Origin: an uncultured Gammaproteobacteria bacterium
GTDB lineage: Bacteria > Patescibacteriota > Patescibacteriia > UBA9629
DNA length: 45,063 nt
NCBI GenBank assembly: GCA_964471805.1
Contig: CAYYGX010000001.1
Span: forward strand, 5,954-51,016
Direction: 5' to 3'
A program made the translations under genes and the position numbers. The notes below the pieces were generated by a model, which saw nothing but the letters and a program-made list of their open reading frames with translations, was not told the DNA's origin and searched no databases. Each line of letters starts with the position of its first letter. Position 1 is the stretch's first letter. Positions 6,696-16,270 of the stretch are shown here, piece after piece.

Positions 6696-7916
6696 CTATT
6701 TTTTAATCGTTATCGCAATCTTATCCGGAATCCGCGGGGCGCGTGTTGCCCAAAACGGCGAAAAGCGCACCTCTACCGCATTAATCGCTTTATTCTTTAA
6801 TAATTTTGCCTGAATCTCTTTTGCTGATAATCCCGCGAGCTCCTTTAGATCAATAATTTCTTTTGTTTCATCAAGAGTTGTGAACGCTTCAATTTCCGCA
6901 GTTATTTTTATTTCGCCAATATCCGGATTTATTTCCTGAATCGTGTAAGAAAAACTTCCGTCATTATAACCAATCACATCCTTTCCTTCCGGAAGTTCTG
7001 CCTCAAAACTAGTTTTTGTCATATCTCTAATTATCTCCTCGTCAAAGTCCACTCCGTAGGCTTGGGCCGAAGCAAGCGTTGCGAATTTCTCTTTTTCTTC
7101 GCCAACTTTTCCGTCGCTTTCAAACGCCGCGTCTCGTAAAAAAATACGATTTCGCGTTATCGCAATTCCGCTCTCATTAAAATTTTCAATTGCTTTATCT
7201 GCGAGTTTTGCGAGCGCCTCGCTATTCCCTCGTTCAAGGTCTGCTGAAGTAATTCTTTTTACAATTCGCGCGCCGCCTGTAAATTGCTCCGAACTTTTTC
7301 CATAAATAAGTTTTTGGCGTTCAAGAGAAAGCCCGGGAATAGTGAAAGTTGTCGGCGCAATATCTCCATTTTTGCCTTTTTGATCAGCTTTTACCGCAAC
7401 TTCCGCTGTGCCGCGCGAGGGAACAGTAACGCGATTTGTGGTCCGGAAAAGAATACCATCCGGAGTAAGGAGCCGTGTTTTTTGAACAAGCGATTGGGCA
7501 AAAGGAAGTTCGCTGATAATTGTAACAGCGCCGGTTGCGTAGTCCTCCAGTTCCGCGCCGGTTCCTTCAGGGATAATTATCGCTTCAATAGAAATTGGGA
7601 TAGTATGCGCAATAGTTCCATACCTTTGCGTTTCTCCAGTTTCCGCGATTTCATCGTCATTTTTCAAAACTTGTTCGCGAAGTTTTTTAATCTCGTCTGT
7701 TTCAGCATTTTCACTGACATTTTTATCAGATATTAGAGAATTAGTATCCGTAAATGTAACAGGAAGGATAATTTCTGTCTGCCAAATTTTGCCTTGCTCG
7801 CGCGTTGTTATCAGAATTTCAGCGCGGGAAAGCGTGAAGTGAAGAGTGATAATCCCAAGCCCGAGCGCGGATGCAAAAGCGATGAGGGCAAGAAGTTTGT
7901 AAATGACGAGTTTCAT
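6696..7916 (-). CDS. membrane-anchored hypothetical protein (possibly baseplate J-like, low confidence)
   Basis: N-terminal TM (LLALIAFASALGLGIITL). The ..TRLLTPDGILFRT..VTVPSRGTAEVAVKADQKGKNGDI segment resembles baseplate-J-like proteins often annotated in CPR genomes (memory only). Confidence 0.55.
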   Translation of the reverse strand: MKLVIYKLLALIAFASALGLGIITLHFTLSRAEILITTREQGKIWQTEIILPVTFTDTNSLISDKNVSENAETDEIKKLREQVLKNDDEIAETGETQRYGTIAHTIPISIEAIIIPEGTGAELEDYATGAVTIISELPFAQSLVQKTRLLTPDGILFRTTNRVTVPSRGTAEVAVKADQKGKNGDIAPTTFTIPGLSLERQKLIYGKSSEQFTGGARIVKRITSADLERGNSEALAKLADKAIENFNESGIAITRNRIFLRDAAFESDGKVGEEKEKFATLASAQAYGVDFDEEIIRDMTKTSFEAELPEGKDVIGYNDGSFSYTIQEINPDIGEIKITAEIEAFTTLDETKEIIDLKELAGLSAKEIQAKLLKNKAINAVEVRFSPFWATRAPRIPDKIAITIKK

Positions 7917-7918
7917 AT

Positions 7919-10900
7919 TTATTGTAAGATCACATCTATTTTTCGTTGCAGTAAATCTTCCGGATGCACCTTGAAAGATGTTTTTATGATTTTAACACGG
8001 TTCCCGATAATCTGTAAATACACAGGCACGTCCCCGGGAAATTGAACCAGCAGTTCTTTGATTTTAATCAGCTTGTCTTTTGAAATAATCGCTGGAACGC
8101 GCACTGTAAACGCGGTTTCTTCCGATTTTTTTTGTTTGGTTTTTGTCATAGCCTCCAGCTTTTGTTCATCAATCGGTTTGATCGTTTCCGCAATGAATTT
8201 CGGCTCCGTATCTTTCCAGGAAAGCGAGCCTGTGATAAAAAGAACCGCGTCTTTGCGAACAATATTTTTTAGGTTCTGCAAAAGGCGGGGAAATATGATC
8301 ATTTCTAATTCCCCGCCGAAATCCTCTATTTTTACAAAAACCATCGTGTCTCCTTGTTTTGTCTGGATAGATTTTATGGTATTTACAACTCCTATGATTG
8401 TAGTTTTTTCGTTACGTCGAGCGATTCCAAGTTCTTCCTGATTTACGAGCGTTTTAATCGGCGTTATGCCGAGATTTTCCATGTACGGCTTTACGTGATC
8501 AAGCGGATGAGCGCTCGCGTAAAGCCCTAGATATTCTTTTTCGTATTGAAGAAGCGGATAAGTCGCGGGATCCGGGAGCGATTTAAATCGTATTTCGCGC
8601 GTAACAGGCGCGTCTCCGAATAATGACACGCGATCAGAACTTGTATGAGTTTTTATATCGCGCGCAAATGTAAGCATAGTTTCTATATTGTAATCAAGTG
8701 TCGCGCGGTCGCAAAATCTATCAAGCGCGCCGGCACGGACCAATGCCTCAAGCGATTTCTTGTTGATTGTTGTTGTGCGAATCAAAAAATCCTGAAGAGT
8801 CGCGTAAGCTCCATGCGCCTCGCGATCTTCCATCACCTGTTCAATCACATTTGCCCCCAGATGCTTAATAGCATTTAACCCAAAACGGATGTTTTGTCCT
8901 TCATTAGGAGTTCCGATCACAGTAAACCCTCCGAGGCTTTCGTTCACGTCAGGCGGAAGCGTTAAAATACGCAAAGCGCGGCATTCATCAATTCCTTCAG
9001 CAACTTTCTCCATATCGCCGGATTCGCATGTCAAAAGCGCGGCCATAAATTCTGGAGAAAAATTAGCCTTCACATAAGCGGTTTGATACGCGACAAGCGC
9101 ATAAGAAGAGCCGTGCGCTTTATTGAATCCGTACGCCGCAAACGGTTCTATCAGACGCCATATTTGTTCGGCTTCGTTATCTGAAAGCGAGCTTGTTATT
9201 TTGCACCCGTAAATAAATTTATCTTTTTGCGCCGCCATTTCAGCCGGAATTTTTTTACCGATCGCTTTTCGTAACTTGTCCGCTGATTCCCAGTTGTATC
9301 CCGCAAGAGTTATGGCGGTTAAAAGCACGTCATCCTGATAAGTGATGATGCCGTATGATTTTGCGAGAATTTCTTTGAGTTTCGGATGAGGGTACGAAAC
9401 AAGCGAGGGATTATGTTTTCTCTTAATATATTCAGGAAGAGATTCAATGGGCCCGGGCCGGTAAAGAGAAATCATTGCCATAATGTCAAAAATCGTTGAC
9501 GGCTCAAGTTCTTTCAGATACCGCGTCATTCCGCTTCCGGAGAGTTGAAACACGCCCATGGTTTGTCCGCGAGCGAGAAGAGTATATGTTTTTGCATCGT
9601 CCAAAGGCAGTTTTTCAAGATCAATAGTAATCCCCCGCGTGCGCGAGATTATTTCGCGGGCAAGCCCGAGAATGGAGAGATTTGTGATTCCTAGCAAATC
9701 CATTTTCAGAAGCCCTGCGTCTTCAACCGCGTGCATTTCATATTGCGTTGTTATAGCTCCTTGGCGCGCGTCTTTTTGAAGCGGCGTAAAATCAGTGAGT
9801 TCTCCAGGAGCTATAACAATGCCGGCCGCGTGCACGGACGGGTGCCGAACGCATCCTTCCACTTTCCGTGAAAGATCAATCACGCGCGCCACATCCTCAT
9901 TTTCATCATATGCGGTTTTGAGTTCAGGGTTTTCAAGCAGGGCTCTTTCAAGAGTCATCTTGAATCCTTGAGAGCCGATCGGAATCATTTTTGCGAGTTT
10001 GTCGCAGAACGAATACGGTAGATTCAGCACGCGCCCCATATCCCGCACCGCCGCCCTGGCAAGGAGCGTTCCAAACGTAATAATGTGCGCGACTTTATCT
10101 GCGCCGTATTTGTCGCGCGCATACTGAATTACCTCGGATCTGCGGGCGTCTTCAATATCAATATCAATGTCCGGAGGCGACGGGCGATAAGGGTTTAAGA
10201 AACGTTCAAAAGGAAGATCAAAACTCATCGGATCCGCGGTTGTGATTCCGACAGCATAAGACACTAGAGAACCTGCGGCGCTCCCTCTCGTTGTTGTGAT
10301 GATATTTTTTGCGCGCGCAAAACCTATAATGTCCGCGACAACTAAAAAATAGGGCGCAAAGCCCTTCTTTTTGATGATGTCAAGTTCGTAACTTAACCGT
10401 TTTCTGTATTCTTCACTCACCTCGTCTATTGATCGCGCATTCAAGCGTAGAAGAAGCCCGGTTTCCGCCTCTTTTGCAAGATACTGGTCCGGCGCCATGT
10501 TTTGCGGAATCTCCACTGTCGGGAACATCCACTTTCCAAGCGGAAGTTCCACTGAAACTCTTTCTACTACCTGTCTAGTATTTTCAATCGCTTCCGGAAT
10601 TTCGCGAAATTTATCTCGCATTTCATCTGGAGACGCAAAGTGAAGGTTTGAGTTTATCATTGTCAGACGGTTCGCGTCCTCAATTTTTTTTCCGGTCTGC
10701 AGAGCAAGAAGCGCGTCTTGGGCATATTTGTCTTCCGGGTTTATGTAGTGCGCGTCGTTTGTCGCAACAAGCGGCACGTTTAGTTCCCGCCCTAATTCTA
10801 TAAGCGCATCCCTGATCGTTTTATATTCTGGCATTTCCGGATGATCCTGAATTTCCAAAAAATAATTTTCACGCCCGACGAGTTTTTGATATTCCAAAAT

Positions 10901-11386
10901 CACCGCGCGCGCGGAGTCTTTCCCTTTTTTAAGAATGACCCTCGCGAGTTCGCCGTTTGCGCAACCTGAAAGTATAATTAATCCTTCGGAGTGCAGAGCG
11001 AGAGATTCTTTATCAATGCGAGGTTTGTAATAAAATCCTTTGAGCCAGCCGATGCTCGTTAGTTTCATTAAGTTTTTGTATCCCTCGTAAGTTTTTGCAA
11101 GGAGCGTGAGATGATAGCGCGATCGCTCGCTTTTGCTCCGATCTTCGGAGAGCGGATACGGGGAGACGTACGCTTCCATTCCGATGATCGGCTTTACGCC
11201 ATGCTCTTTGCATGTTTTGTAAAATTCAATTGCCCCGTACATCGCGCCGTGATCAGTTAGCGCAAGCGCTGGCATCTTAAATTCGCTGGCCTTTTCCACA
11301 AGGTCTGAAATTTTCGGCAGGCCGTCTAAAAGCGAGTAGTGGCTGTGGACGTGGAGATGGATCATGAAGGTTTTATGATTTATCAT
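7919..11386 (-). CDS. dnaE: DNA polymerase III alpha subunit
   Basis: PHP N-terminus HLHVHSHYSLLDG, polymerase core and OB-fold region, about 1150 aa. Start uncertain: ATG 11386, 11365 or 11440. Confidence 0.95.
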   Translation of the reverse strand: MINHKTFMIHLHVHSHYSLLDGLPKISDLVEKASEFKMPALALTDHGAMYGAIEFYKTCKEHGVKPIIGMEAYVSPYPLSEDRSKSERSRYHLTLLAKTYEGYKNLMKLTSIGWLKGFYYKPRIDKESLALHSEGLIILSGCANGELARVILKKGKDSARAVILEYQKLVGRENYFLEIQDHPEMPEYKTIRDALIELGRELNVPLVATNDAHYINPEDKYAQDALLALQTGKKIEDANRLTMINSNLHFASPDEMRDKFREIPEAIENTRQVVERVSVELPLGKWMFPTVEIPQNMAPDQYLAKEAETGLLLRLNARSIDEVSEEYRKRLSYELDIIKKKGFAPYFLVVADIIGFARAKNIITTTRGSAAGSLVSYAVGITTADPMSFDLPFERFLNPYRPSPPDIDIDIEDARRSEVIQYARDKYGADKVAHIITFGTLLARAAVRDMGRVLNLPYSFCDKLAKMIPIGSQGFKMTLERALLENPELKTAYDENEDVARVIDLSRKVEGCVRHPSVHAAGIVIAPGELTDFTPLQKDARQGAITTQYEMHAVEDAGLLKMDLLGITNLSILGLAREIISRTRGITIDLEKLPLDDAKTYTLLARGQTMGVFQLSGSGMTRYLKELEPSTIFDIMAMISLYRPGPIESLPEYIKRKHNPSLVSYPHPKLKEILAKSYGIITYQDDVLLTAITLAGYNWESADKLRKAIGKKIPAEMAAQKDKFIYGCKITSSLSDNEAEQIWRLIEPFAAYGFNKAHGSSYALVAYQTAYVKANFSPEFMAALLTCESGDMEKVAEGIDECRALRILTLPPDVNESLGGFTVIGTPNEGQNIRFGLNAIKHLGANVIEQVMEDREAHGAYATLQDFLIRTTTINKKSLEALVRAGALDRFCDRATLDYNIETMLTFARDIKTHTSSDRVSLFGDAPVTREIRFKSLPDPATYPLLQYEKEYLGLYASAHPLDHVKPYMENLGITPIKTLVNQEELGIARRNEKTTIIGVVNTIKSIQTKQGDTMVFVKIEDFGGELEMIIFPRLLQNLKNIVRKDAVLFITGSLSWKDTEPKFIAETIKPIDEQKLEAMTKTKQKKSEETAFTVRVPAIISKDKLIKIKELLVQFPGDVPVYLQIIGNRVKIIKTSFKVHPEDLLQRKIDVILQ

Positions 11387-11738
11387 CTGGAAAGTCCAGT
11401 TTATATCCGAAAGGATTGACTCGTTTGACATCAATATCAATCACTTCTTCTTGCTTGTGTCCTTTTACGGTAGTACTTTGGCCTATTTCTAATGCCAGTA
11501 TCTTTTCTTTAACATGCTCATCTATAGTAATACCTTTCTCTTTATTAAGCCATGTAATCGTATCTGTGATATGGCTATCGATTTGGTATCCCATACTTTT
11601 CTGATTATTTTTATCGTCATGATCTCCAAAAAAAAATAATTTTTTGCTTTCAGGATTCATAAATTCAGTGTAGATACAAAAAGTTTCTCTCTTTGCGCCT
11701 ACATTAGGTAAAATATGCAAAAGCGTAATGTTTCTCAC
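11373..11738 (-). CDS. hypothetical protein
   Basis: 121-aa ORF. Its GTG start overlaps the stop of the upstream gene (GTGA). Alternative ATG at 11660. Visibly AT-rich. No family recognised. Confidence 0.45.
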   Translation of the reverse strand: MRNITLLHILPNVGAKRETFCIYTEFMNPESKKLFFFGDHDDKNNQKSMGYQIDSHITDTITWLNKEKGITIDEHVKEKILALEIGQSTTVKGHKQEEVIDIDVKRVNPFGYKLDFPDDKS

Positions 11739-12208
11739 CGTCTTGATTCTGTTCTGCTCTCGGTGATTTTAGGATAAAATTCTCCTTCGCATCCATCTTT
11801 CAATACATTTGGTATTTCATAATACTTAAATATCTCTCTTGCAGTTAATTCTATAACGTTTTCCGGTTTGACAAAATCCAATCCAACAATTGCTATTTGA
11901 TACTCATCTACCTTTTTCACATTCTTTTCAGGTATAGAGGATATATCCACTACATAGATATAAATTTTACTTTCAGGGTTAAATTTTTCTGGAGACCCAA
12001 AAGTAACCAATCGCTCTTGCTCGTCAATTACTGTTAGTCCTTCGGGTCTAGCTGCCATAACAACTGCAAAACCATAATCAGGAGTTAAGTATATTGCATT
12101 CAAAAGTTCATCTTCAGGCACTATCAATCCTTCTTTTACTTGCGCCTGCTTATTTTGAATTTCATTAAACCTAAATTTTGAACCGTGATAGCAAATCATA
12201 AAATTCAA
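11735..12208 (-). CDS. hypothetical protein with YHGS...YLT...EY pattern (possible DUF3990/ART-like fold)
   Basis: MICYHGSKFRF..NAIYLTPDYGFAVVMA..DEYQIAIVG. The pattern is reminiscent of H-Y-E ADP-ribosyltransferase-like folds. Pattern only, not a search result. Confidence 0.45.
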   Translation of the reverse strand: MNFMICYHGSKFRFNEIQNKQAQVKEGLIVPEDELLNAIYLTPDYGFAVVMAARPEGLTVIDEQERLVTFGSPEKFNPESKIYIYVVDISSIPEKNVKKVDEYQIAIVGLDFVKPENVIELTAREIFKYYEIPNVLKDGCEGEFYPKITESRTESRR

Positions 12209-12226
12209 TCATCTGTATTATAGGAC

Positions 12227-12526
12227 TTACACAGACTGTTTGGTTTTTGATTTCTTACTCTGTCGGATTTTTCGCGCATACTCCACTACCTCAATAATCG
12301 CTTTGCTTATGGCGGTTGCGGTTGTCGCCGTAGCTTCTGTTTTGTCTCTGAATCGGTCAACGACTTTTGTGAACGTTTCAAAACGTTCTTTAATCGCTTT
12401 CACTATTAGCCGCGCGTCCCGAAGAGCGCAGATTGCGTAATACAGAAAGAGAGAGAGGAGCGTTGCGAGAACGGCGCTTGAGAGCGCGAGCGCGAGAAAT
12501 AAAATATCTTTTGGGGTAGTGGGCAT
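12227..12526 (-). CDS. small membrane-anchored coiled-coil protein (DUF948/YtxG-like?)
   Basis: One N-terminal TM (ILFLALALSSAVLATLLSLFLYY) followed by a helical K/E/T/A-rich tail. Confidence 0.5.
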   Translation of the reverse strand: MPTTPKDILFLALALSSAVLATLLSLFLYYAICALRDARLIVKAIKERFETFTKVVDRFRDKTEATATTATAISKAIIEVVEYARKIRQSKKSKTKQSV

Positions 12527-12531
12527 ATATA

Positions 12532-12620
12532 AATGTCAAATGTCAAAGTTCTAATGTCAAATAAATTCCCAATGGATTTTGGATTTATTTATCATTTGGA
12601 TTTTGTCATTTGGATTTTTA
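12532..12620. repeat. intergenic 7-nt-periodic repeats (AAATGTC family, TGGATTT x2, 14-mer TCATTTGGATTTTK x2)
   Basis: 12532-12566: AAATGTC AAATGTC AAAGTTC TAATGTC AAATAAA, the same heptamer as on the carA coding strand. 12574-12587: TGGATTT x2. 12593-12620: two 14-nt units. Confidence 0.8.
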
Positions 12621-12683
12621 ATATAATGATTCTACCACACCTTCACCTCTTTTTTCAACTATGCTACTATAAGCGCTATACTT

Positions 12684-13511
12684 ATGGGAGATCAATTAAG
12701 CGACAGACAACTTGCTATTGCAGTATGGATGTATGAACGCCGTCTCGTTTTTGAACGAATCGTTCGCGTTTTTTTGGGCGTTTGCATGTTCGGGCTTTTT
12801 GGCGCGGTTATAATATCTACCTCCTTGTACATAAGCTGGTATAGAGCGCATCGCGTACAAATTTTTTCAAGGACACAGAATGCGATTCTATCGAGCGACC
12901 CGGCGCTTTTAGCGTCTCCCCGCTCACTCACCTCTTCAGAGGTAACGGTTCTTCTTCAAAATGAGCGGAGCGCAGACTTGTATGGTTCAATTAATAATCC
13001 AAACGCATCGTGGGCAGTTTTTTCAGTTCGTTATTATTTTACAAGCCGCGGCGCGTCGATTACAGAGCCGCGCGAAACTTTTGCGCTTCCGGGCATTAAT
13101 TCGGTTGTTGCTTTTGCAAATGGCGCAGAGCTTTCAGCGCCTTTTGAGCTCATTCTTGAAGATATAAAATGGCGTAAAATTATTTTGCCGATTGAGCGCG
13201 AGCGCCTTAAACTTTTTTCCATTGAATCGCGCGATGTCGTATTTACGCCAGGCGATGTTGAATCAGCATCTTCATCAATTTTGGCAACGCTCGTGAACAA
13301 AAGTCCGTTTGGATTTTGGAACACGCCTATTACCGCGATTCTTTATAATAACAATTCGCTTGTCGGTATAGGGGAATACACTCTTTCACAATTTGCCGCC
13401 GGCGAAGAACGCGTTGTTTCTATTGGAGTCGGAGACATCAGATTTCCGGTAACAAACATAGAGATTGTTCCGCGAGTGAATATGCTTGATGACCGTTCGC
13501 TCATGCTATGA
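12684..13511 (+). CDS. hypothetical membrane protein
   Basis: 275 aa with one TM near the N-terminus (FLGVCMFGLFGAVIISTSLYI). Its stop overlaps the start of the SEDS gene. Confidence 0.6.
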   Translation: MGDQLSDRQLAIAVWMYERRLVFERIVRVFLGVCMFGLFGAVIISTSLYISWYRAHRVQIFSRTQNAILSSDPALLASPRSLTSSEVTVLLQNERSADLYGSINNPNASWAVFSVRYYFTSRGASITEPRETFALPGINSVVAFANGAELSAPFELILEDIKWRKIILPIERERLKLFSIESRDVVFTPGDVESASSSILATLVNKSPFGFWNTPITAILYNNNSLVGIGEYTLSQFAAGEERVVSIGVGDIRFPVTNIEIVPRVNMLDDRSLML

Positions 13512-14623
13512 AACTTCCAGTTTACAGCCGTTTCCGCAATTTTGATTGTGGGATACTTATTTCCGTCATTTTTTTGATTCTCATAGGTTGCGCCACGCTT
13601 TATAGTTTAGAACTTAATAATGAAAATCCTAATTTTTCCCCGCTCCTTCGTCAAGGATCCGCCTCTGTTCTGGGGATTTTTTTATTAATAGCGGCGCTTT
13701 TTACTGATTTTCGCCACTTAAAAAGTTATGCTTATATTCTTTATGTTCTCGGGCTTATCATGCTTGCCTCTCTCCTTATTTTTGGAGTTACCATTCACGG
13801 CACCAGGGGATGGTTTGCTTTCGCTGGAATCACGTTTCAGCCGGTTGAGTTATTCAAAATATTTTTTATCATCGCGCTCGCGAAATTTTTTTCCAGTATA
13901 CGAACCATTAACGATCCGGTGAATTTGCTGAAATTAATATTATTTTTGATCGCGCCTGCGATCCTCATTCTTCTTCAGCCGGATCTCGGCGCGCTGATTA
14001 TTTTAGTTGCGATTTTTGCCGGGTATCTTTTTACGGCAAAACTGAAACGAGTATTTGTCTTATTTTTTATTTTTATAACGCTTGTCGGCATCATTGCCTC
14101 ATGGCAGTTTCTCGCGCCATACCAAAAAGATCGAATCAGCAGTTTTTTTAATCCAGACATAAACACAAAAAGTAACGCTTATAATATTACGCAGTCCAAA
14201 ATCGCGATTGGCTCCGGGCGCATGTTCGGGCGCGGGCTCGGGCTTGGGACGCAAAGTTCTCTTCATTTTCTTCCAGAGGAGGAAACAGATTTTATTTTTG
14301 CGGTCATTTCTGAATCCCTTGGTTTTGTCGGCGGCGGACTGCTTATTTTGTTGTATACTTTTCTTCTTTCAAGAATTATCTCTCTTGCAAATCGTCTAGA
14401 TGATCCATTTGGCTCTCTTATCGCTCTTGGCGTATTTTTTTGGTTTGCTTTTCAGGGATTTGCGAATATCGCGATGAATATCGGACTTCTGCCTATATTT
14501 GGCGTTCCCTTGCCTTTTGTAAGCTACGGCGGAAGTTCGCTTCTTGTCAGTATTTTTGCGATTGGCGTTTTAGAGAGCGCCGCGCTTTTTTCTCCTCAAA
14601 GAGTTAGCTCGCTCAAGAGATGA
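13508..14623 (+). CDS. SEDS-family peptidoglycan glycosyltransferase (FtsW/RodA)
   Basis: About 10 TM segments; QPDLGA.., ..EETDFIFA.., PLPFVSYGGSSLL motifs. Confidence 0.9.
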   Translation: MKLPVYSRFRNFDCGILISVIFLILIGCATLYSLELNNENPNFSPLLRQGSASVLGIFLLIAALFTDFRHLKSYAYILYVLGLIMLASLLIFGVTIHGTRGWFAFAGITFQPVELFKIFFIIALAKFFSSIRTINDPVNLLKLILFLIAPAILILLQPDLGALIILVAIFAGYLFTAKLKRVFVLFFIFITLVGIIASWQFLAPYQKDRISSFFNPDINTKSNAYNITQSKIAIGSGRMFGRGLGLGTQSSLHFLPEEETDFIFAVISESLGFVGGGLLILLYTFLLSRIISLANRLDDPFGSLIALGVFFWFAFQGFANIAMNIGLLPIFGVPLPFVSYGGSSLLVSIFAIGVLESAALFSPQRVSSLKR

Positions 14624-14664
14624 GTTTTCTTGACATTCCGCAATAATATGCTAGCTTGATTGTA

Positions 14665-15345
14665 ATGTTACAAGCAGAAATCAGACAATCAAAAAGAGGC
14701 CTTGGCGCATATCGTAGAGAAGGAAAGATTCCGGCGGTTGTGTATGGCCACGGCATCCAGTCCGTATCAGTTCTTGTGGACAAAAAAGAATTTCTGAAAC
14801 GCTTAAAATCCGAAGGGACAGGATCTCTTTTGGACCTGAAAATCGCCAGTGATGAGCCGGCAAAGGTTATTCTGCAAGATTGGCAGAAACACGCAATCAG
14901 CCAAGAGTATCTGCATTTGGATTTTTATCGCATTCGCATGGATGAAAAAATGCGTGTCAAAGTGTCGCTTATTTTTACAGGAGAGGCGCCGGCGGTTAAA
15001 ACTGGCGGCGTGCTCGTGAAAGCTAAGGATCATGTTGAAATTGAATGTCTGCCAAAAGATCTGATCTCCCGCATTGATGTTGATTTATCTCATTTATCGG
15101 AATTGCGCGCTTCTATTAAAGTGCGCGATCTCTCTGTAGGTTCAGGTATTTCTATCATTGGAAATCCGGACGATATTATTGTAACAATTGCGGAAATGAA
15201 AGAAGACATTGAAGACGCGGCGCTCGCGGCGCAAAAAGAAAAAGAACAGCTTGAAAAATTAAAAGCAGAGCCTGAAGAGAAGAAAGATGGAGAAGAGGGA
15301 AAAGAAAAGGATAAAGCCAAAGATAAAGCAAAGGAAAAGAAATAG
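14665..15345 (+). CDS. rplY: 50S ribosomal protein L25/general stress protein Ctc, with K/E-rich tail
   Basis: ..REGKIPAVVYGHG.. N-terminal domain plus Ctc-type C-domain. ATG 14665 (track ORF starts at TTG 14656). Confidence 0.9.
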   Translation: MLQAEIRQSKRGLGAYRREGKIPAVVYGHGIQSVSVLVDKKEFLKRLKSEGTGSLLDLKIASDEPAKVILQDWQKHAISQEYLHLDFYRIRMDEKMRVKVSLIFTGEAPAVKTGGVLVKAKDHVEIECLPKDLISRIDVDLSHLSELRASIKVRDLSVGSGISIIGNPDDIIVTIAEMKEDIEDAALAAQKEKEQLEKLKAEPEEKKDGEEGKEKDKAKDKAKEKK

Positions 15346-15357
15346 GAAAATTAAATG

Positions 15358-15387
15358 AAACGCTCGTTTTTTAAGCGAGCGTTTTTT
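15358..15387. terminator. bidirectional terminator-like hairpin between rplY and prmC
   Basis: AAACGCTCG-ttttttaag-CGAGCGTTTTTT. It overlaps the last codons of prmC. Confidence 0.55.
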
Positions 15388-16165
15388 GTATACCATTCCC
15401 CCTTTCGTACAAACTGTAAATCGGCGCAGAGTATATTTTTTTGAGCTTTGTTACACAGTTCTCAAGTTCGCGATAATAATAGTAATAGTCATCAGTTGGA
15501 GTTAAAAGCGCAGAACTTGGTTCGTATCCAACAATTTCCGGTTCAAGCGTTTTATATTGAGCTTGCGTGATATACGGCAAATTTGCCGCGATAATAATTG
15601 CGTCAAACTTTTTTTGCGGCGAATTAAGTATCGGTTCAATAAGATTTCCATGAAAAAATGCGATTTTGTTTTGAACTCCGTGCTGGTTTGCATTCTTGCG
15701 CGCAACATCAAGCGCCTCTATGGAAATATCCACTGCCGCATACTTGTGATCAATGATAGAGGCTTTTGCAATCGCAATGATAATACATCCAGAACCGGTT
15801 CCGACATCAATGACTGCGCATTGCCCGGATGATTTTTGAAGTATGGCAAGCGCATTTTCCACTATTTCCTCGGTTTCCGGGCGTGGAATTAAAACGCGAT
15901 CGTCAACAAAAAAGTCCAGTCCGTAAAATTCTTTTTTGCCGGTTATGTAAGCAACAGGCTCTCGCGCCGCTCTTCTTCTCACAAACGCATTATATCGGAT
16001 TACTTCCTCGTTCCTTAATTCATATTCCGGATGCGCGTACAGAAATTCACGCGGGCGATTGATCGCGGCGCTCATCAAAACTTCAGCGTCCAAAAGCGGG
16101 GATGAGATGCCTTGTATTTCCAGATAACGTTTCGCGTCTGTAAGATATTGACGGATACAATGCAT
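15371..16165 (-). CDS. prmC: release factor glutamine N5-methyltransferase
   Basis: VIDVGTGSGCI SAM motif and ANLPYI (NPPY-type) motif. Adjacent to prfA. Confidence 0.9.
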   Translation of the reverse strand: MHCIRQYLTDAKRYLEIQGISSPLLDAEVLMSAAINRPREFLYAHPEYELRNEEVIRYNAFVRRRAAREPVAYITGKKEFYGLDFFVDDRVLIPRPETEEIVENALAILQKSSGQCAVIDVGTGSGCIIIAIAKASIIDHKYAAVDISIEALDVARKNANQHGVQNKIAFFHGNLIEPILNSPQKKFDAIIIAANLPYITQAQYKTLEPEIVGYEPSSALLTPTDDYYYYYRELENCVTKLKKIYSAPIYSLYERGNGIQKTLA

Positions 16166-16186
16166 TGTGCTAGAGTGTCAATAATT

Positions 16187-16228
16187 CTTTTACTTCCCGG
16201 GGTAGTCAACATGGGAGGGAAGTAAAAG
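16187..16228. repeat. perfect 12-bp inverted repeat hairpin in the prfA-prmC spacer
   Basis: CTTTTACTTCCC-18 nt-GGGAAGTAAAAG. Confidence 0.7.
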
Positions 16229-16233
16229 AATAA

Positions 16234-16270
16234 GGGATTGCTAAAGCAGACAGCAATCCCCCTTTTTTTT
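16234..16270. terminator. terminator-like hairpin right after the prfA stop
   Basis: GGGATTGCT-aaagcagac-AGCAATCCC followed by CCTTTTTTTT on the + strand. On the minus strand it is followed by TTATTCTTTT. Confidence 0.45.

Noticed and set aside
12532-12620. Possible CRISPR array or similar
   Set aside because: The units are 7-14 nt and directly abutting, with no spacers. This is far too short for CRISPR repeats, and no cas genes are in the window.
14628-14664. TTGACA box upstream of rplY as a promoter
   Set aside because: No acceptable -10 hexamer lies at 16-18 nt spacing (best is TAGCTT), so it is too weak to list as a feature.
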